From positions 1 through 26,852 of the forward strand of contig CAXTTL010000038.1 of the NCBI GenBank assembly GCA_964247135.1: 26,852 nt of DNA, in the 5' to 3' direction. The notes under the pieces were generated by a model. That model did not search any database. It was given only the letters and a program-made list of their open reading frames with translations, and was not told the origin of the DNA. The position numbers and the translations under genes were made by a program. Origin of the DNA: an uncultured Deinococcales bacterium. GTDB taxonomy: Bacteria > Deinococcota > Deinococci > Deinococcales > JAAFIG01. Below, piece after piece: positions 25,807 to 26,852 of this stretch (the first letter of the stretch is position 1; each line of letters starts with the position of its first letter).

Positions 25807-26592
25807 ATGTCCTACCTGGATTTTCAAGAATGGAACACCCACCCAAGCCAAAAACCCGTCCTCTCCATCGTCATCCCCGCCTACAACGAAGCCCAGCGCA
25901 TCCTGCCGACCCTCGCCGCCATGGCGGTCTCGGTCTCGAGCCTGACGCTGAACTGGGAATTGATTGTCTCCGATGATGGCAGCCGCGATGAAACCGTCGC
26001 CCTCGCCGAGAGCCTGGGCTGGCAAAACCTGCGGGTGTTGCGTCACGCCAACACCGGCAAGGGCGGTGCGGTCAAACGTGGCGTGCTGGCAGCCAGGGGC
26101 GACATGATCCTGTTCGCCGACGCCGACAACAGCACCCCCATCGAGGAGGTTGCACGTTTGATGGACGAACTCGGGCGCGGTCATGCCATCGCCATCGGCT
26201 CGAGGGCTGCCGAGGGCGCGGTCGAGGAGAACAAAAGCCGGCTGCGTCACCTCGTCTCGAGCGTTCTGCGCACCGTTGTGCGCGTCGTCAGCGGCGTGCA
26301 GGTCAAGGACACGCAATGCGGTTTTAAGCTCTTCAGCCGTCAAGCCGCGCTCGAGCTGTTCTCCAAACAACAGGTGTCGGGGTTCTCGTTCGACCTCGAG
26401 TTGCTGTATTTGGCTCGCAAATTCAATTTAAAAGTTGCCGAAGTCCCCGTGCGCTGGTACGACGCGCCAGGTTCCAAGGTCAATCCCGTGTCTGACAGCA
26501 TCAAGTTCCTGCGCGATCTGGTACGGATTCGGCGCGATGACCTGCTGGGGGTTTACAACCGTCCACCTTACGGTCACGTCACCATGAACTGA
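25807..26592 (+). CDS. GT2 dolichyl-phosphate beta-glucosyltransferase-like (polyprenyl-phosphate sugar synthase), 261 aa
   Basis: LSIVIPAYNEA.RI, DDGSRDET, NTGKGGAV..G, FADAD, IGSR, DTQCGFKLF, FSFDLELL and EVPV.W motifs. ATG 25807 with AAAGGAG RBS (the track's 25336 start is spurious). Confidence 0.93.
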   Translation: MSYLDFQEWNTHPSQKPVLSIVIPAYNEAQRILPTLAAMAVSVSSLTLNWELIVSDDGSRDETVALAESLGWQNLRVLRHANTGKGGAVKRGVLAARGDMILFADADNSTPIEEVARLMDELGRGHAIAIGSRAAEGAVEENKSRLRHLVSSVLRTVVRVVSGVQVKDTQCGFKLFSRQAALELFSKQQVSGFSFDLELLYLARKFNLKVAEVPVRWYDAPGSKVNPVSDSIKFLRDLVRIRRDDLLGVYNRPPYGHVTMN

Positions 26593-26756
26593 TTTTGATG
26601 CCAGCAGATTTGGGCAAACTCGAGCTGTAAACACGAACAAAATTTAATTCGGGATTTCAGACAATAATTCCAAGTTTTCAAACATCGATGCAAGATTTGA
26701 TGTGGATTTCAAATACAAAACTGTATACTGACAAACAAAAGAGAAATCAGATCGTT

Positions 26757-26772
26757 ACCAGTTGCAACTGGT
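26757..26772. promoter_or_regulatory. Perfect 16-bp palindrome ACCAGTTGCAACTGGT (possible operator)
   Basis: Exact dyad in intergenic DNA, 27 nt downstream of a TATACT at 26724-26729. Confidence 0.4.
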
Positions 26773-26799
26773 GTTCGCTGCGAACCTAAAATGGTTATG

Positions 26800-26852
26800 A
26801 TACGGAATTAACGAGAACACTCCGTTATTCCGCTTCGCTCCACAACTCCGTT
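26800..26852. repeat. Structured intergenic element, possibly a dispersed repeat (truncated)
   Basis: Hairpin CGGAA-t-TAACG...CGTTA-TTCCG (26803-26832), followed by CTTCGCTC; ACTCCGTT occurs twice. Confidence 0.3.

Noticed and set aside
9606-26370. Long antisense or alternate-frame ORFs (e.g. 9606..10643, 9913..10791, 17724..18710, 22701..23444, 24209..25186, 25789..26370)
   Set aside because: They overlap well-supported genes, lack recognisable motifs and are expected shadows of GC-rich codon usage.
1-26852. CTCGAG sites as SARP (TCGAG-type) operators or as CRISPR-like repeats
   Set aside because: They are scattered through coding regions without regular spacing or promoter positioning. 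No repeat-spacer array or cas gene is present.

Overview
This is a bacterial accessory region, most likely from a member of Deinococcota (inferred from the TPR-wHTH-BTAD regulator type, leaderless-style promoters and extreme CTCGAG enrichment). The left third is a signalling island: a REC-PAS-PAS-GAF protein truncated by the window edge, an Rcp1-type receiver, a six-PAS histidine kinase, an HD-GYP protein and an HTH-REC regulator. Inside it is the most unusual element: two tandem 39-aa secreted-peptide genes (5708-5827 and 5943-6062, minus strand) that the ORF track does not call correctly, plus a decayed third copy. They are divergent from a 634-aa TPR/winged-helix/BTAD regulator, and 11-bp-period direct repeats sit next to the -10 boxes. 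Together this looks like a peptide-signalling (quorum-sensing-like) cassette with a SARP-type output. The right two-thirds is a divergent cell-surface glycan locus: ManC, a doubly anchored clan GH-A hydrolase, an Ig-like protein, a 1058-aa GT-C-like membrane protein, a LruC-domain lipoprotein, a tandem jelly-roll protein, a PIG-V-like mannosyltransferase, a PAS kinase/receiver pair, a flippase and a polyprenyl-phosphate glycosyltransferase. Three of its promoters share a TGTG(A/C)-N5-(T/A)(C/A)ACA box centred at about -41. No rRNA, tRNA, CRISPR array or transposase was seen. All domain calls are from motif recognition by eye, not database searches.
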